The notes beneath the pieces were generated by a model. That model had not been told where the DNA came from and searched no databases. It was given only the letters and a program-made list of their open reading frames with translations. This document shows positions 52,881 to 64,000 of a DNA stretch of 64,000 bases, piece after piece; positions within the stretch are counted from its first letter, which is position 1; each line of letters opens with the position of its first letter. Source of the stretch: Octopus vulgaris (taxonomy: Eukaryota). A program made the translations under genes and the position numbers. The DNA is taken from positions 22,134,001 through 22,198,000 of the forward strand of contig OX597836.1 of NCBI GenBank assembly GCA_951406725.2, written 5' to 3'.

Positions 52881-55800
52881 CTGTAACAGAGATAAAGAGA
52901 TGCATTAGTTGTATTGCATGCATGTGAAGACACACACACACACACAGACAATTTTTTACTATGTTTGACATAGGTTAGGTGGAACATTGTAGTAATAATA
53001 ATGACTATTATTTTATTAAATTATTTTCAAAATTAATTAAAATGAAGACACTGTATTTTTAAAGAAATCTGGTAATGAAAGTGTGTTTTTATTTTAGAGA
53101 GACACGAGTTCCTCTGAATCAATTTGTCAGACCAAAATTCTCCAAACTGAGAACTGCTACACATTAGTGCTTCACCATTTAGTATTTAAACCGGCCATAT
53201 CCAGCCAAAAGTATTCCGCCTGTTTTATGTTCAAACTGGCCAGATCTGGCTTCTCACATCAACCTTACAATATCATTCTAAAAATTAACGGTTGCCCCAT
53301 CAAAATCTCATCGCTACAAGATAATGCATGATTAGTTCAAAACAGTGAGAATAAATGAGCATTAATTTTGGCAGAATAATGCGAACACTAAAGGGTTAAT
53401 CTCTAAATGAAGTCAATCAGTTTTTACAAATATTTTGCTATGAGGTATAGCTGATGACTCACGTATTCATCAAGACATGATTTGGTATTTAATTGAAAAT
53501 GAAAATGTATCAAATATTTCATTTTTAAAATGTGTGTTGCCAATGAGAAAAGTTTAGGAAACTTCAATTTATGTAATCTGTACAAAGACAAATTTTTCTT
53601 GTAGCCCTGCAATGACCAGCTAGATCACAGACTGGCATTGTTGCCATCATTATTATCATTGTTACCATCATTATTAATTAAATCAAATACCAAGACTCAC
53701 CTCTGAAATGTATATTCACTTTCTGCTCGGAAGAAATAGACATGGTTTTTGAACTGGAGTTTGAAGACGTGATCCTTGGTGATCTTGTCTTCTTCTGATG
53801 GTATGTTGACAGCATAACCAAGCAATGGGAGGCTGGCCAGAGGGAATTCATCCTGAAAAGAGAAAATATAAATAAACTGCTGCAAAACCCTGAATGAATG
53901 GAATTGTAAAAAAAAAAAAAACGAGGGGAAACTTTATGTACATCACATCATACTGTGTTTTCTACACCAGGATCTCCACTGGCCAAAGTTGACCATACCT
54001 TCGTCCATGTATGTACAGGTTTTGGGAAACATTTTTTTAAGGAAGACTGGTAGTTATCCATGCATAAGAATATTTCTCCATGTCACGGAGTAGTTGGCGT
54101 TAGGAAGGGCATCCAGCTGTAGAAACACTGCCAAATCAGACCAGAGCCTGGTGCAGCCTCCATGGCTTACCAGACCCCAGTCAAACCGTCCAACCAATGC
54201 TAGCATGGAAAACAGACGTTAAATGATGATGATGTCACAGACGTTTATCAAAGGAAAAAACTGCAAACTCGGGGTGATACAGTTTGGCACCAGTATAGTC
54301 ACAGGTGTTGCTGTCAGAACATAAAGTAGCCTGAACAGATTCTACAAAGCATCTTACCCCCCGATTCATTGCCTCCCTACCACCCTCACCACAACAGCTT
54401 TACCAATCCACAACATTACATGGGTCCTTTTATCGACCCTGAAAGAATTAAGGGCAGAGTTGATCTCATTGGGATTTTGTACTCACAGTACAGGGAGCTG
54501 GAATAAGTACTGCAAAGTATTCTATCAAACATTGTAACATCTCTACCAATTTGCTGCCCCCTTTATTTCCAGAGGTGGGGCAGTACCTTCTCCACAAGTG
54601 ATGTATACATAAACTCAATGCCTGTTAATCTAGATAGACACCACCTTAGCTCACCTGTCCATGCCCTAAGGGATGACAGCTGAAGAGAGAGAGAATGAGA
54701 GCAACACTCAGTCGGTACTCATTTTCAACTGAGTAGACCGAAGCAACGTGAACTGAAACGCCTTGCTCAAGAATACGATGTATTGCTAAGTCCTACAATT
54801 GAAACCAGGAACTTATGATTACAAGTCCAGCAGCCTAAACACTAGGCCACCATGTTTACCCAAACACAGTTAACTACCATATAATAATAATATTGTACTT
54901 ACTTGGTAGGTCTTGTAGAAAAACAAGCAGAAATTTGTGAAAACCACCCATAGCTTTTGCCATCCATTGCTGGTTTTGAATTTTCTCAGGAGATAACCAC
55001 TGAGCTGGTTCTGTAAAAATAAAATAGAAAATAACAATAAATGTGCTTGCAAATTAGTTTATAGGTATACAATAGAAGTTACGGTGAGCTGGCAGAAACG
55101 TTAGCACGCCGGGAGAAATGCTTAGAACGTAGTGACAGACGAAATACTGCTGAGTTCAAATTCTGCCGAGGTCGACTTTGCCTTTCATCCTTTCAGGGTC
55201 GATAAATTAAGTACCAGTTATGCACTGGGGTTGATATAATTGACTTAATCCATCTGTCTGTCCTTTTTTGTCCCCTCTGTGTTAATTAGTTAAGTTGTTA
55301 ATTAATTTTTGGCTCAAAAAGCAAGGCCATGTAGGGGGACATGGAGTTATGTACAGGGTGGTGTTCATGTAAAGAGTTCAGGCCACTTGTGGTCAAGGGA
55401 GACTTTGAACTGAGCGGTCGTCGGCATCTTCACCATCTCGTCCGGCAGCTTATTCCACGGATTCGCAACCCGGACAGGAAAGCCCCTCTTCTTCGATTGA
55501 GATGAAATCGTCGCAGGTAGAGCTTTTCGGAGTGACCCCGCAGCTGACGCTCTGGAGCAGGAGTGAAGAACAGCTCTTTCGAGAGGTTACACTTTCCGCT
55601 TATGATGTTGTGAGCAAGAATGAGATCACCACGGCGTCATCGTTTTTCTAGAGAATAAAGGTCGAGCGTCTTCAGCCTTTCTTCATAAGACAAATTCTTG
55701 AGATCAAGAACCATGCGGGTAGCCAGCTTCTGGACTCTTTCGAAATGCTGTATGTCTTTGAGAGGAGATAAGGAGAAGAGGCTTGAATCCCGTACTCCAA

Positions 55801-58800
55801 TATGGGTCTCACGAGCGTGACATAGAGCAGTAGGAATATGGCTGCTGTGAGCATTCCGAATGACCGTCGAATCAAGAACAGAACTCCGCGTGCTTTGTTG
55901 GCAGCATGGACGCACTGGACCGAAGGCGAAAAGGAGGAATCCACCAAGATACCCAGGTCCTTAACCTGGTCGGTCCTCTCCAGTTAAGAAACAGGTATAC
56001 AATAGAAGTTGCTTATTGTGATTACTTTGAGAGGGAACTGTTTAGATAGCAATGACTAACTGATAATATTAACACTGATGAAACCAACCTGTCTAAGACT
56101 GTGTCTCGCTCCACAGTACAAACTTTGTGGGTTTAAAATGAACTAAAGTAAAATTTTCTAGGTATCAGTTGGTGCCAGTCACCATTGAGAAGTTAGGTGT
56201 TCTAGGACCCCATACCACTGATTTCCTCAACAAAATAGGGATAATGGTGGCCCATTAGAAAAATGAGCCCCACGAAGTGGAGTGGGTGCTGCAGCAAATA
56301 CCATTGGTTATTCTCTGCAGCAATGCGATCGCACTCATTACCACAAAGTACAGCTGAGCACGCCAATAGTTCTGGGGTATGCAGCCCCCATTGCCTCCTC
56401 CCATCCATCTTTTGTTGCTTTACTCTCCATTTTTCGTCTTCTTTCTTTTCCTTTCTTATCTCTGTTTTTCCTGTTTCTTTGCATTTAAATGTTATAAATG
56501 AACAGTTAATCAGGGGAAAAAATATATATTTGTATATACAATAAAAAATAAAATATACATATAATTTCATGCTGATTTATGAATAACAATGGCCAAATTA
56601 CTTCACTAAATTCTTCATTATTCTCAAAATTGATTGAAACAAAGACAGCGTATTTTAACAGAAATGTTGTGTGACCATCAGTTTGTGTTCTGTGACTCAC
56701 CTGAAACTGCCCCTATTTCTATGATACAAACTTCCTGTTTTAAAGTAATCTTAACTAAAATCTTCCATGGTTTCATGTTAATTATGTTCCAAACATTAGA
56801 TTAATAACGACAAAGTTACTTTATTAACTTCTTCGTTATTTTCAAAATTAATTAATATAAAGGTAGTGTATTTTAATGTATTTAGGAAACTAGTTACACA
56901 ACCATGTTTCTTGGTTCAAGCAAGAATTTTCTGCTCCAGTTTTTGGTTGACCATTGTCTTGTAAGTGAAATTTGTGTGTATGTATGTAAATACACGCACC
57001 ACAGCCTTCTTTCAATGTTCACCTACCAGATCCACTCACAAGGCATTGATCATCCTGAGGCTAGAGTAGAAAACACTTACCCAAAATGCCATGTGGAGGC
57101 ACAATGGCCTAGTGGTTACAGCAGTGGACTCGTGGTCAACGGATTGCAGGTTCGAATCTCAGACTAGACGATGTGTGTAATTTTGAGTGAAACATCTAAG
57201 TTCCACATGGCTCTGGCAGAAGGTAATGGCAAACATCTGCTGACTCTTTCGCCACAGCTTTCTCTCACTCTTTCCTCCTGCATTTAGCAGATCACCTGCG
57301 ATGGACCGGTGTCCTGCCCAGGTGTGGAACCTCTATGCCAATGAAACTGGCCCAGACATGGCTCAAGAAGGAACAAACAACAATAACAAGATGCCATGCA
57401 TTGGGAGTGAACCCGAAACCATGTGAAACAAATTTCTTAGCCATACAGCCACACCTCTGTGTGTGCATGTATATTTACACACATACACTCACTCAAATTT
57501 CACTTACAAGTCAGTGGTCAACCACTTCTGATCACTTTAGCAATGCAACTACACATGTTGTTGGTGATTTTTTTTCTTCCTACCTGACAAAGAGCTATGC
57601 TTGAAACGTCAAAAACTCTCTTTTTACTGAGAGTCAAACTAATGCATTCCTTGTGCAAGTCTTCTTGTTATTTGTTATTTTTAATGTTCATTTATTTGAT
57701 CTGATTATATATATAAGCCAGCCAGTGCCGCCTTGACTGGCTTCTGTGTCGGTGGCACGTAAAAAGCACCCACTACACTCACGGAGTGGTTGGCGTTAGG
57801 AAAGGCATCCAGCTGTAGAAACTCTGCCAGATCAGACTGGAGCCTGGTGCAGCCTCCTGGCTTCCCAGACCCTGGTCGAACCGCCCAACCCATGCTAGCA
57901 TGGAAAACGGACGTTAAACGATGATTATATATATATATATATATATATATAGGTAGATAGATAGATCTTTTCTGTTAATTCTCCATTAATTTTTTCTTCT
58001 GTCTCCATTTTCTTTTCCTTTTCAGAGAAATTCTGAAACTACTTGATAGAGAGAGAAAGAAAGAGAGAGATTAGGCTTACCTTAACAGCTTTGTCGTGGT
58101 CTCTCATACTCACACTGGTGTTACGGTGCCAACATACATGCATAGTAGTGTTGCCTCGATGTTGTATTTGCTTTTCTGGGCTAGGAGGAGACGTACCGAG
58201 TTTGTCGATATCCGAGGAGCCGGTTGTAGAAACATTCTCATTGGAGCCTGAAATATAGTCATGATGAAATGTTACCATGCACACAGTCAGTGGATCAACT
58301 CTTGGTTCCGACAATGACACAGTTTGGTAACGAAAGGTCTAACAAATAAGACTACCTACTCATGGTATCTTAATGAATGTATCTTATTTTCACTGGTTGC
58401 AGTGAGTGGACAGTGGTCATGCTTGAATGACACCTTCAAGGAAGTTGAATTCATCATATCAGTTCCATTACATATATTAGTCTGGCATCTATTTTATCAA
58501 TATCTATGTGTTGGACTGCTAAGTCTCAAGACAAAGTGACGCAACATAAAGATATGTGTGCATGTCTACAAACACACACGTATATAATTTTAAAGTAGAT
58601 ACGTGGAGGCGCAATGGCCCAGTGGTTAGGGCAGTGGACTCGCGGTCGTAGGATTGCGGTTTCGATTCCCAGACCGGGTGTTGTGTTTATTGAGCGAAAA
58701 CACCTAAAGCTCCACGAGGCTCCGGCAGGGGATGGTGGTGATCCCTGCTGTACTCTTTCACCACAACTTTCTCTCACTCTTACTTCCTGTTTCTGTTGTA

Positions 58801-61800
58801 CCTGTATTTCAAAGGGCCGGCCTTGTCACTCTCTGTGTCACGCTGAATATCCCCGAGAACTACGTTAAGGGTACACGTGTCTGTGGAGTGCTCAGCCACT
58901 TACATGTTAATTTCACGAGCAGGCTGTTCCGTTGATTTGGATCAACCGGAACCCTCGTCGTCGTAACCGACAGAGTGCTTCCAGATACAGCTATCCAAGC
59001 CAACCAGCATGAACCCCACCTTTCTTACTGGTTCTACAATGCAAACTCTGTGTAAAGTGACCTCAAAAGTTCCTATTAAAATTTCATGTTAATTTATGTT
59101 AATTTATGTTTCAAACATTATCTTAAATTCTTCATTATTAAAAAAAAATTGAAACAAAACACAGTGTATTCTAACAGAAATATAGCAATAAAAGAGTAAG
59201 TTGGAGAAGTGGTTAAAGGCCATCCATATGCACTTTATGTATGTGCATATAATGTTGTTTAAAATATGGATTCATAGAATCCAGTAACAATTACTGAAGG
59301 CTCCTGTAGAGGACATCTGACTACCATAACACATAGTTATCTAATATGGAGGATGAAAGCAAGGAAGTCCAATCTATTAAATTATTTCATGAGGAGTATG
59401 TAGATCATAAAGTGTCAGGAGGCATGAAAGGTGAATATATTTATTTAACCAATTGATATCCGTGGGATGAAAGCTGTTTCACATCCTTCATCATGTAATA
59501 ATAATTTCAGGGTGTAATAAATTATTTTACATGTCTGCACCAATATGCATGCTGCACATTGCATAGTACTATTGTACATTTACAAACCAATGCAGATATA
59601 TATAAGGCTAGCTCTTCAGATCAACAAAACATCATGGTTACATCAATAATGTTTCAACTCTCTCTCTCTCTCCACTCACACACACACACTCAGGGCTTCC
59701 ATACAACCCTTTCCTATCAAATTTCACTCGCAAAACATATGTCCACCCAAGACTTTAGTAGAAGATACTTATCCAAGGTGCCATGCTGTAGAATTGAACC
59801 TGAAGCCACATGATCAAAATTTGAAATTGTTAACCACACAACCCCACAATTTATACAATAACATTAGCAACCTCATGGCAATTAAAGATGTTAACTACTT
59901 TTATATCAACTAAAAATCAACAATAACAAAAGTAAATCTTGCAAAAACAGTACAAATAATGATAAAGTATCTATTTTTTACTCTGCAAATAATTTCCATC
60001 CTGATGTATCCCTCCATCAGGAAAGGGGATTCATGTACTCTTCTCCTCATGTTGAGAATTATAGTTTTACATGAACTAACTAAATAACATACAAATGAGC
60101 TAACATTAATTGCTTTAAACCAATGCACATAATACTGCCAGGCAAAACAATAATTGGTTAATTTAGTACTCACTAGTAGTGGACCGAATGCTGCCATACT
60201 TCAGCCTATCATCAGTTTGTTTCTTGGCCATAGAAATTGAGAAGTTCAAGTCTTCAATCCACTTGTCTTTCTCTTCTTCAGAACTGGTTAAATAAAGTAA
60301 CACACAAAATAAACAAAATGCCAGTTAAAGACAATACATTTCAAACTCTTCCACTCAAACTAGTTTTCCACAATCAGTTGGGCACAATCCTTCACAGACA
60401 ATATTTTGTGCCAATATTTTTCAGTGACTGGGCAGGATTTGAACTCTGAATGCATAAGGTTGGAGCAGATATCACAAAGCGTCCCCCAAAGTTCATCCTC
60501 TCCTCACCGTGGTGGGGAGACCGGCAACAGGTAGTGTCGGAGCTATGCCGTCAGGAACTTCGGTTCCTGGTAGGGCCACCCAAGGCGGATTGGTTTGACA
60601 CCGAGTGGTATTAGGGCCACAACCCGGCAGACGAGGCTCTGGTGAAAATCCTTGGAGTGTCTGTTTCGGCAACCGGCGGCTCCTCGGTCATTTTGTCCCT
60701 GCGTCTGCAGACAATCTGCGGCAAACAGGATGTCTCTACATGCAGGATTGTTGGGGACCGCTTGTGAAATCCACATATTCCCACGAAACTTCTTCCACCA
60801 CCATGGTTCGAGATGCCTCGAGGGTGGTGGAGGAAGCCGACCTAACCCGACCAGGGTGAATGTCGCCACAAGTACAAGTAAGTAAGATATCACAAAGCAT
60901 TTTGTCTGATGCTGTCATGATTCTGCCAATTCACCACTCTGGACAGTTGCATCAAGAGGTGCCGATATCTCTAATTGTGAAGGGAACATGTGGAAGAGGT
61001 AGACCTAGGAAGACATGGGATGAAGTAGTGAGAAAAGATCTTAGATGTTGGGCCTCACAGAGGGGATGACAAGGGACCGTGACCCCAGATAGTTTGCTGT
61101 GCTTGAGAAGATAGGTCAAGCTAAGTAAATTCCTGGTCATCTTTGCATACAGACATGTCCCCCTGCCTCCCTCTTCAGCCGAGCATTCCTAATCTTGGGA
61201 TCTTGTGAGTGCAGGTGCCACATAAAAACACCTATGCCAGTGCTACATAAAAGCACCCAGTACACTCTGTAGAGTGGTTGGTGTTAGGAAGGGCGTCCAG
61301 CCATAGAAACCATGCCAAATCAGACATGGGCCCTGGGCAGCTCTTCAGCTGGTCAACTCTTGTCAAACTGTTCAACTCATGCCAGCATGGAAAACAGACA
61401 TTAAATGATGATGATGATGATGGACAGATACTTTTTTTTATATAAATCCTGAAGGGATGAAAGGCAAAGTTGACCTCAGTAAGATTTGAATGTTAAGGCT
61501 CACAAGAAATGCCACAAAGCATTTTTCTGACCCTCTCACAATTCTGCCAGCTCATTACCTTTGAAAATAATAATTTCTTAATGTTCACAGAACCATCTAC
61601 AAACAATTTCACTACTGACACTCCATATATTTCTCTCCAAACAACAAGGTAAAAAAACAGAAAAAAAACAAACAAACTATTCACCTGGCAGCAACGAGAA
61701 TACATTTGTTTCCACCATAGATTGTAAAACTATTTGCCACAGCTACTTTGGAAATATCAGATTCTTCGACCTGCAAAATTCAGAACAAAAATTTTCTTGG

Positions 61801-63148
61801 AGTAATGTAAAGAATAATAATAATAATAATAAAAATGATTTCAAATTTTGGCTCAATGCCATGAATGTTTTGAGGGAGGGAGGGAGAGAGTTGATTACCA
61901 TTGACTCCAGTGCCCAAATGATACTTATTTTATCAACTCTGAAAGGGCAAAAAAGCTAAGTTGACCTCAATAGTAATTGTCAGAACATAAGGCCTGAGGA
62001 AATGGCTTAATAATAATAATAATTTCTTTCTACTATAATTGGCACAAGGCTTGAAATTTTGAGAGAGGGAGATTGTGGATTTCATTGACTGCAGTGCTTG
62101 ATTGGTACTTATTTTATCAATTTTGAAAGGATGAAAGGCAAAGTTAATCTCAGCAGAATTTGAACTTAGAATGTAAAGAAGGACGAAATACTACCAAGCA
62201 TTTTGTTTGGCAAGCTAATAATTCTGCCAGCTTTCCACCTTAATAATAATTATTGTAATAATGTGTTCTAACTGCAAAACCTGTGATGAGACAAGTACCA
62301 AACTATATCAACCCAAACTAGCTGATTTCCCCTAGGCTAAAGGGTAGTGAAATGGAGAGGGGAGAATTGCCTGCACTTTATCTTCCGCAAAAACATCTTC
62401 CCTAAGCCTGTGTATACATGTACAGTTGAATGGTCAACACTGACCAACAGAGTCCCCTAGATAATATAGAGTCCATAATAAACAATGTTGGAATAAAAAA
62501 AAGAGAAAAATGGTCATGGTTTGGATTGTCTTTGGTTAGGGTAAACCTTGGGCTAAACACCAACAACTATTGTTTTAAGGTGACCTACTCCAATATCTCA
62601 GTCCTGTATCATGTCTCTGTGAGGCAGAACACTCGAGATCTTGTGTTTTCCTCTGCCATGGTCACTGCAGAAAGAACCAGCTATTATTGGTCAGTTTTGT
62701 TAAATCGACAATGGAGCCCCTGTACGGTCACATTACCAACTAGAAATAGCACTTAAATACCCCTTAAATCACAAGCTACTGTCTTTGACAGAAAGGCGGG
62801 ATAGATTGGATAATGTAGTCATAGACTATTTATAAAACAAATAAAGTGATGGCTATGTTTGGAATGTCTTTGATCCATGTCTACTGCATCAGAGCTGACC
62901 TGAGGCAAAAACAATAAGCCCACCCCCACCCAACCATATCATTGTCAGTAACTCCTATTCCTCTAAGATCATGTCTTACTCCCTTGTGTTATGACATCAA
63001 AGGTTAAAGGGTCAAAGAGCACCAGTGAATGGTCCATCTGAAACACTAGTCAACTCACCATCATTCCTCGAAGAGGTAACTGGCCGTGCACTTTAAACTG
63101 GAGTAGAGATGTTGCTGTCCGACTTGTGTAGATTAGCATATCTGAAAA
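52787..63148 (-). CDS. FARP2: FERM, ARHGEF and pleckstrin domain-containing protein (FARP1/2, CDEP), 3' part; join(63148-63059, 61770-61685, 60283-60174, 58247-58081, 55010-54903, 53852-53701, 52880-52787)
   Basis: Seven GT-AG exons with compatible phases (90+86+110+167+108+152+94 = 807 nt) give 268 aa plus stop. They contain the FARP hallmarks QFKVHGQLPL, HRGNTTMHVCWHRNTSVSM, NQLSGYLLRKFK, WQKLWVVFTNFCLFFYK and VFKLQFKNHVYFFRAESEYTF. The 5' exons lie beyond 64000. Confidence 0.93.
53701..53852 (-). CDS. FARP2: FARP exon: DEFPLASLPLLGYAVNIPSEEDKITKDHVFKLQFKNHVYFFRAESEYTFQ(R)
   Basis: Acceptor ttttcag|GAT, donor AG|gtgagt, 152 nt, phase 0/2. Confidence 0.95.
54903..55010 (-). CDS. FARP2: FARP exon (second PH domain): NQLSGYLLRKFKTSNGWQKLWVVFTNFCLFFYKTYQ
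   Basis: Acceptor tttacag|AAC, donor CAA|gtaagt, 108 nt. Confidence 0.95.
55081..55282 (+). mobile_element. MetaSINE-like family B in a FARP intron; its 3' tail is displaced to ~55981-55992 by a LINE
   Basis: 18-bp TSD aggtatacaatagaagtt at 55063-55080 and 55993-56010. Confidence 0.8.
55285..55980 (-). mobile_element. 5'-truncated CR1/L2-group LINE (RT C-terminus plus 3' UTR), frameshifted
   Basis: Peptides LYVTLVRPILEYGIQASSPYL / KDIQHFERVQKLATRMV..LSYEERLKTLDLYSLEKR / RRGDLI..LRGHSEKL..VRVANPWNKLP are typical CR1 C-terminal motifs. Confidence 0.9.
56163..56357 (+). mobile_element. Decayed C-terminus of an RLE-type (CRE-clade-like) non-LTR retrotransposon
   Basis: Translation YQLVPVTIEKLGVLGPHTTDFLNKIG...*KNEPHEVEWVLQQIPLVILCSNAIAL matches the CRE end pattern F-x-P-V-A-x-E-T-x-G-V-x-G-P...F-L...E-P-R-E...Q-R-x-S-L-A-x-x-R-G-N-A. 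Confidence 0.65.
58081..58247 (-). CDS. FARP2: FARP exon: SNENVSTTGSSDIDKLGTSPPSPEKQIQHRGNTTMHVCWHRNTSVSMRDHDKAVK
   Basis: Acceptor tttcag|GC, donor AAG|gtaagc, 167 nt, phase 1/0. Lies within ORF 58039..58320. Confidence 0.93.
58603..58983 (+). mobile_element. tRNA-derived SINE family C, full length
   Basis: A-box tggcccagtggttag, B-box ggtttcgattccc, short agatac TSD. Confidence 0.87.
60174..60283 (-). CDS. FARP2: FARP exon: SEEEKDKWIEDLNFSISMAKKQTDDRLKYGSIRSTT
   Basis: Acceptor aaccag|T, donor A|gtgagt, 110 nt, phase 2/1. Contains the PH-domain terminal helix EKDKWIEDL. Confidence 0.9.
60481..60884 (+). mobile_element. 404-bp non-autonomous bipartite RTE-derived retroelement
   Basis: 14-bp TSD agatatcacaaagc (60467-60480 / 60885-60898). 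RTE/Expander-type 5' motif GAGCTATGCC...GGTAGGGCCACCCAAGGC and (CAAGTA)n tail. No pol III boxes and no RT ORF. Confidence 0.8.
60940..61421 (+). mobile_element. RTE-clade LINE 3' end (ORF C-terminus, 3' UTR and (GAT)n tail)
   Basis: Peptide SLIVKGTCGRGRPRKTWDEVVRKDL (RTE GxRxRGRPxxxW motif). The same 3' UTR recurs at ~19524, 21530, 27360, 29432, 36285, 38377, 54080 and 57715. Confidence 0.82.
61685..61770 (-). CDS. FARP2: FARP exon: VEESDISKVAVANSFTIYGGNKCILVAA(S)
   Basis: Acceptor ttttgcag|GTC, donor AG|gtgaat, 86 nt, phase 0/2. Confidence 0.9.
63059..63148 (-). CDS. FARP2: FARP exon (first PH domain): FSDMLIYTSRTATSLLQFKVHGQLPLRGMM
   Basis: Acceptor tgcag|TTT, donor ATG|gtgagt, 90 nt, phase 0/0. 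An alternative acceptor at tttcag|AT is possible. Confidence 0.88.
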
Positions 63149-64000
63149 CTGCATTGAACGATATTGTGAGCATCATCATCATCTTAATTACTGTTAGTAG
63201 AGTGCAAAGTACATACTAAACACAAGTACACACACACAACTGGCAAGCTTCCATACAGTTTCCATCTACCAAATTTCACTTACCATAGATCATTCAGAGG
63301 CTATAATAGAAAGCACACACACACATATATATAATATTAGCTGAGTTAGAGGTTAAAATAACCATCTAAGGGATAAAAGTATCCATTATACTACTGGTAT
63401 ACTACTTATGTTTAACCATGGGCATACATATGCAAGCATATTATGCTCATAAATTATAGGTAAAGACAAGGATAAACATGAGTTAATCAAAATTTAAAGA
63501 AAACAGAAAATGGAGAAATATTGATGAACAACAATTAGCTTACATCAATTATTATTTATTAATTCAATACAAATAGACTTCATCCCGTCTAACAGCTGTT
63601 TCTGCTTCCAATGTTGTATGGCATTGCCATTGATATACTAAAAATATCATGTTTGGCAATAAAACGTATCTGTAACATGGAGCCTAGGCTCCAAAGTTGT
63701 CTGGAGGCTATGATTGAAGCCAATGGCAAGTTTATTCAATAAATTTACTCTTTAGTATTTCAAGATATTTTTATGTAATTTTGGTAAATATATCTGTTAA
63801 AATGAGATGTCAGTGTTATCCTTTTTGCATAATTTAGATGACACTTTATTCACTGCACCCTGTATTCTTAAACAAGAATACTGTTGACAGTGACTTCAAA
63901 GTCACTGTCTGTCCAACAATGACTTGACTGACTGAAAATTCGAAGTCCCTATCAAAAATATTCTTGTTTAAGAATAAACTTGTACTCAACAAAAGTGTAG

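Noticed and set aside
58603-58680. tRNA gene candidates at SINE heads (also 43122, 33789, 57095)
   Set aside because: A/B boxes are present but they continue into SINE bodies and lack a complete acceptor stem.
60543-60918. Several 60-116 aa ORFs on both strands
   Set aside because: They are a by-product of the high GC content of the non-coding RTE-derived element; no RT or endonuclease motifs.
63586-63602. GAAACAGCTGT hammerhead half-core on the minus strand
   Set aside because: No matching CTGANGA half was found; at most a decayed PLE fragment.

Overview
This is eukaryotic, repeat-rich animal DNA. The tRNA-derived SINE families, RTE 3' tails and dense microsatellites suggest a coleoid cephalopod such as Octopus (inference). 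Two spliced genes lie on the minus strand. One is the first coding exon of a prolyl 4-hydroxylase alpha subunit (9315-9490), whose remaining exons appear to lie left of the window. The other is the last seven coding exons of a FARP1/2 (CDEP) RhoGEF (63148-52787, 268 aa, two PH domains). Almost all other ORFs in the track are microsatellite or SINE artefacts. The rest is SINEs, LINE remnants (RTE, CR1/L2, CRE-like), MITEs, Helitrons and a 5'-truncated U2 snRNA pseudogene. The most interesting signals are: (1) an intact, highly structured 404-bp non-autonomous RTE-derived retroelement; (2) decayed Penelope-type hammerhead ribozymes; (3) a cluster of fold-back and templated duplications at 37-42 kb; (4) a dense TGTNACA motif cluster just past the FARP stop; (5) a copy-number-variable module array in RTE 3' UTRs. 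Nothing here demonstrates a new biological system. All alignments were done by eye.
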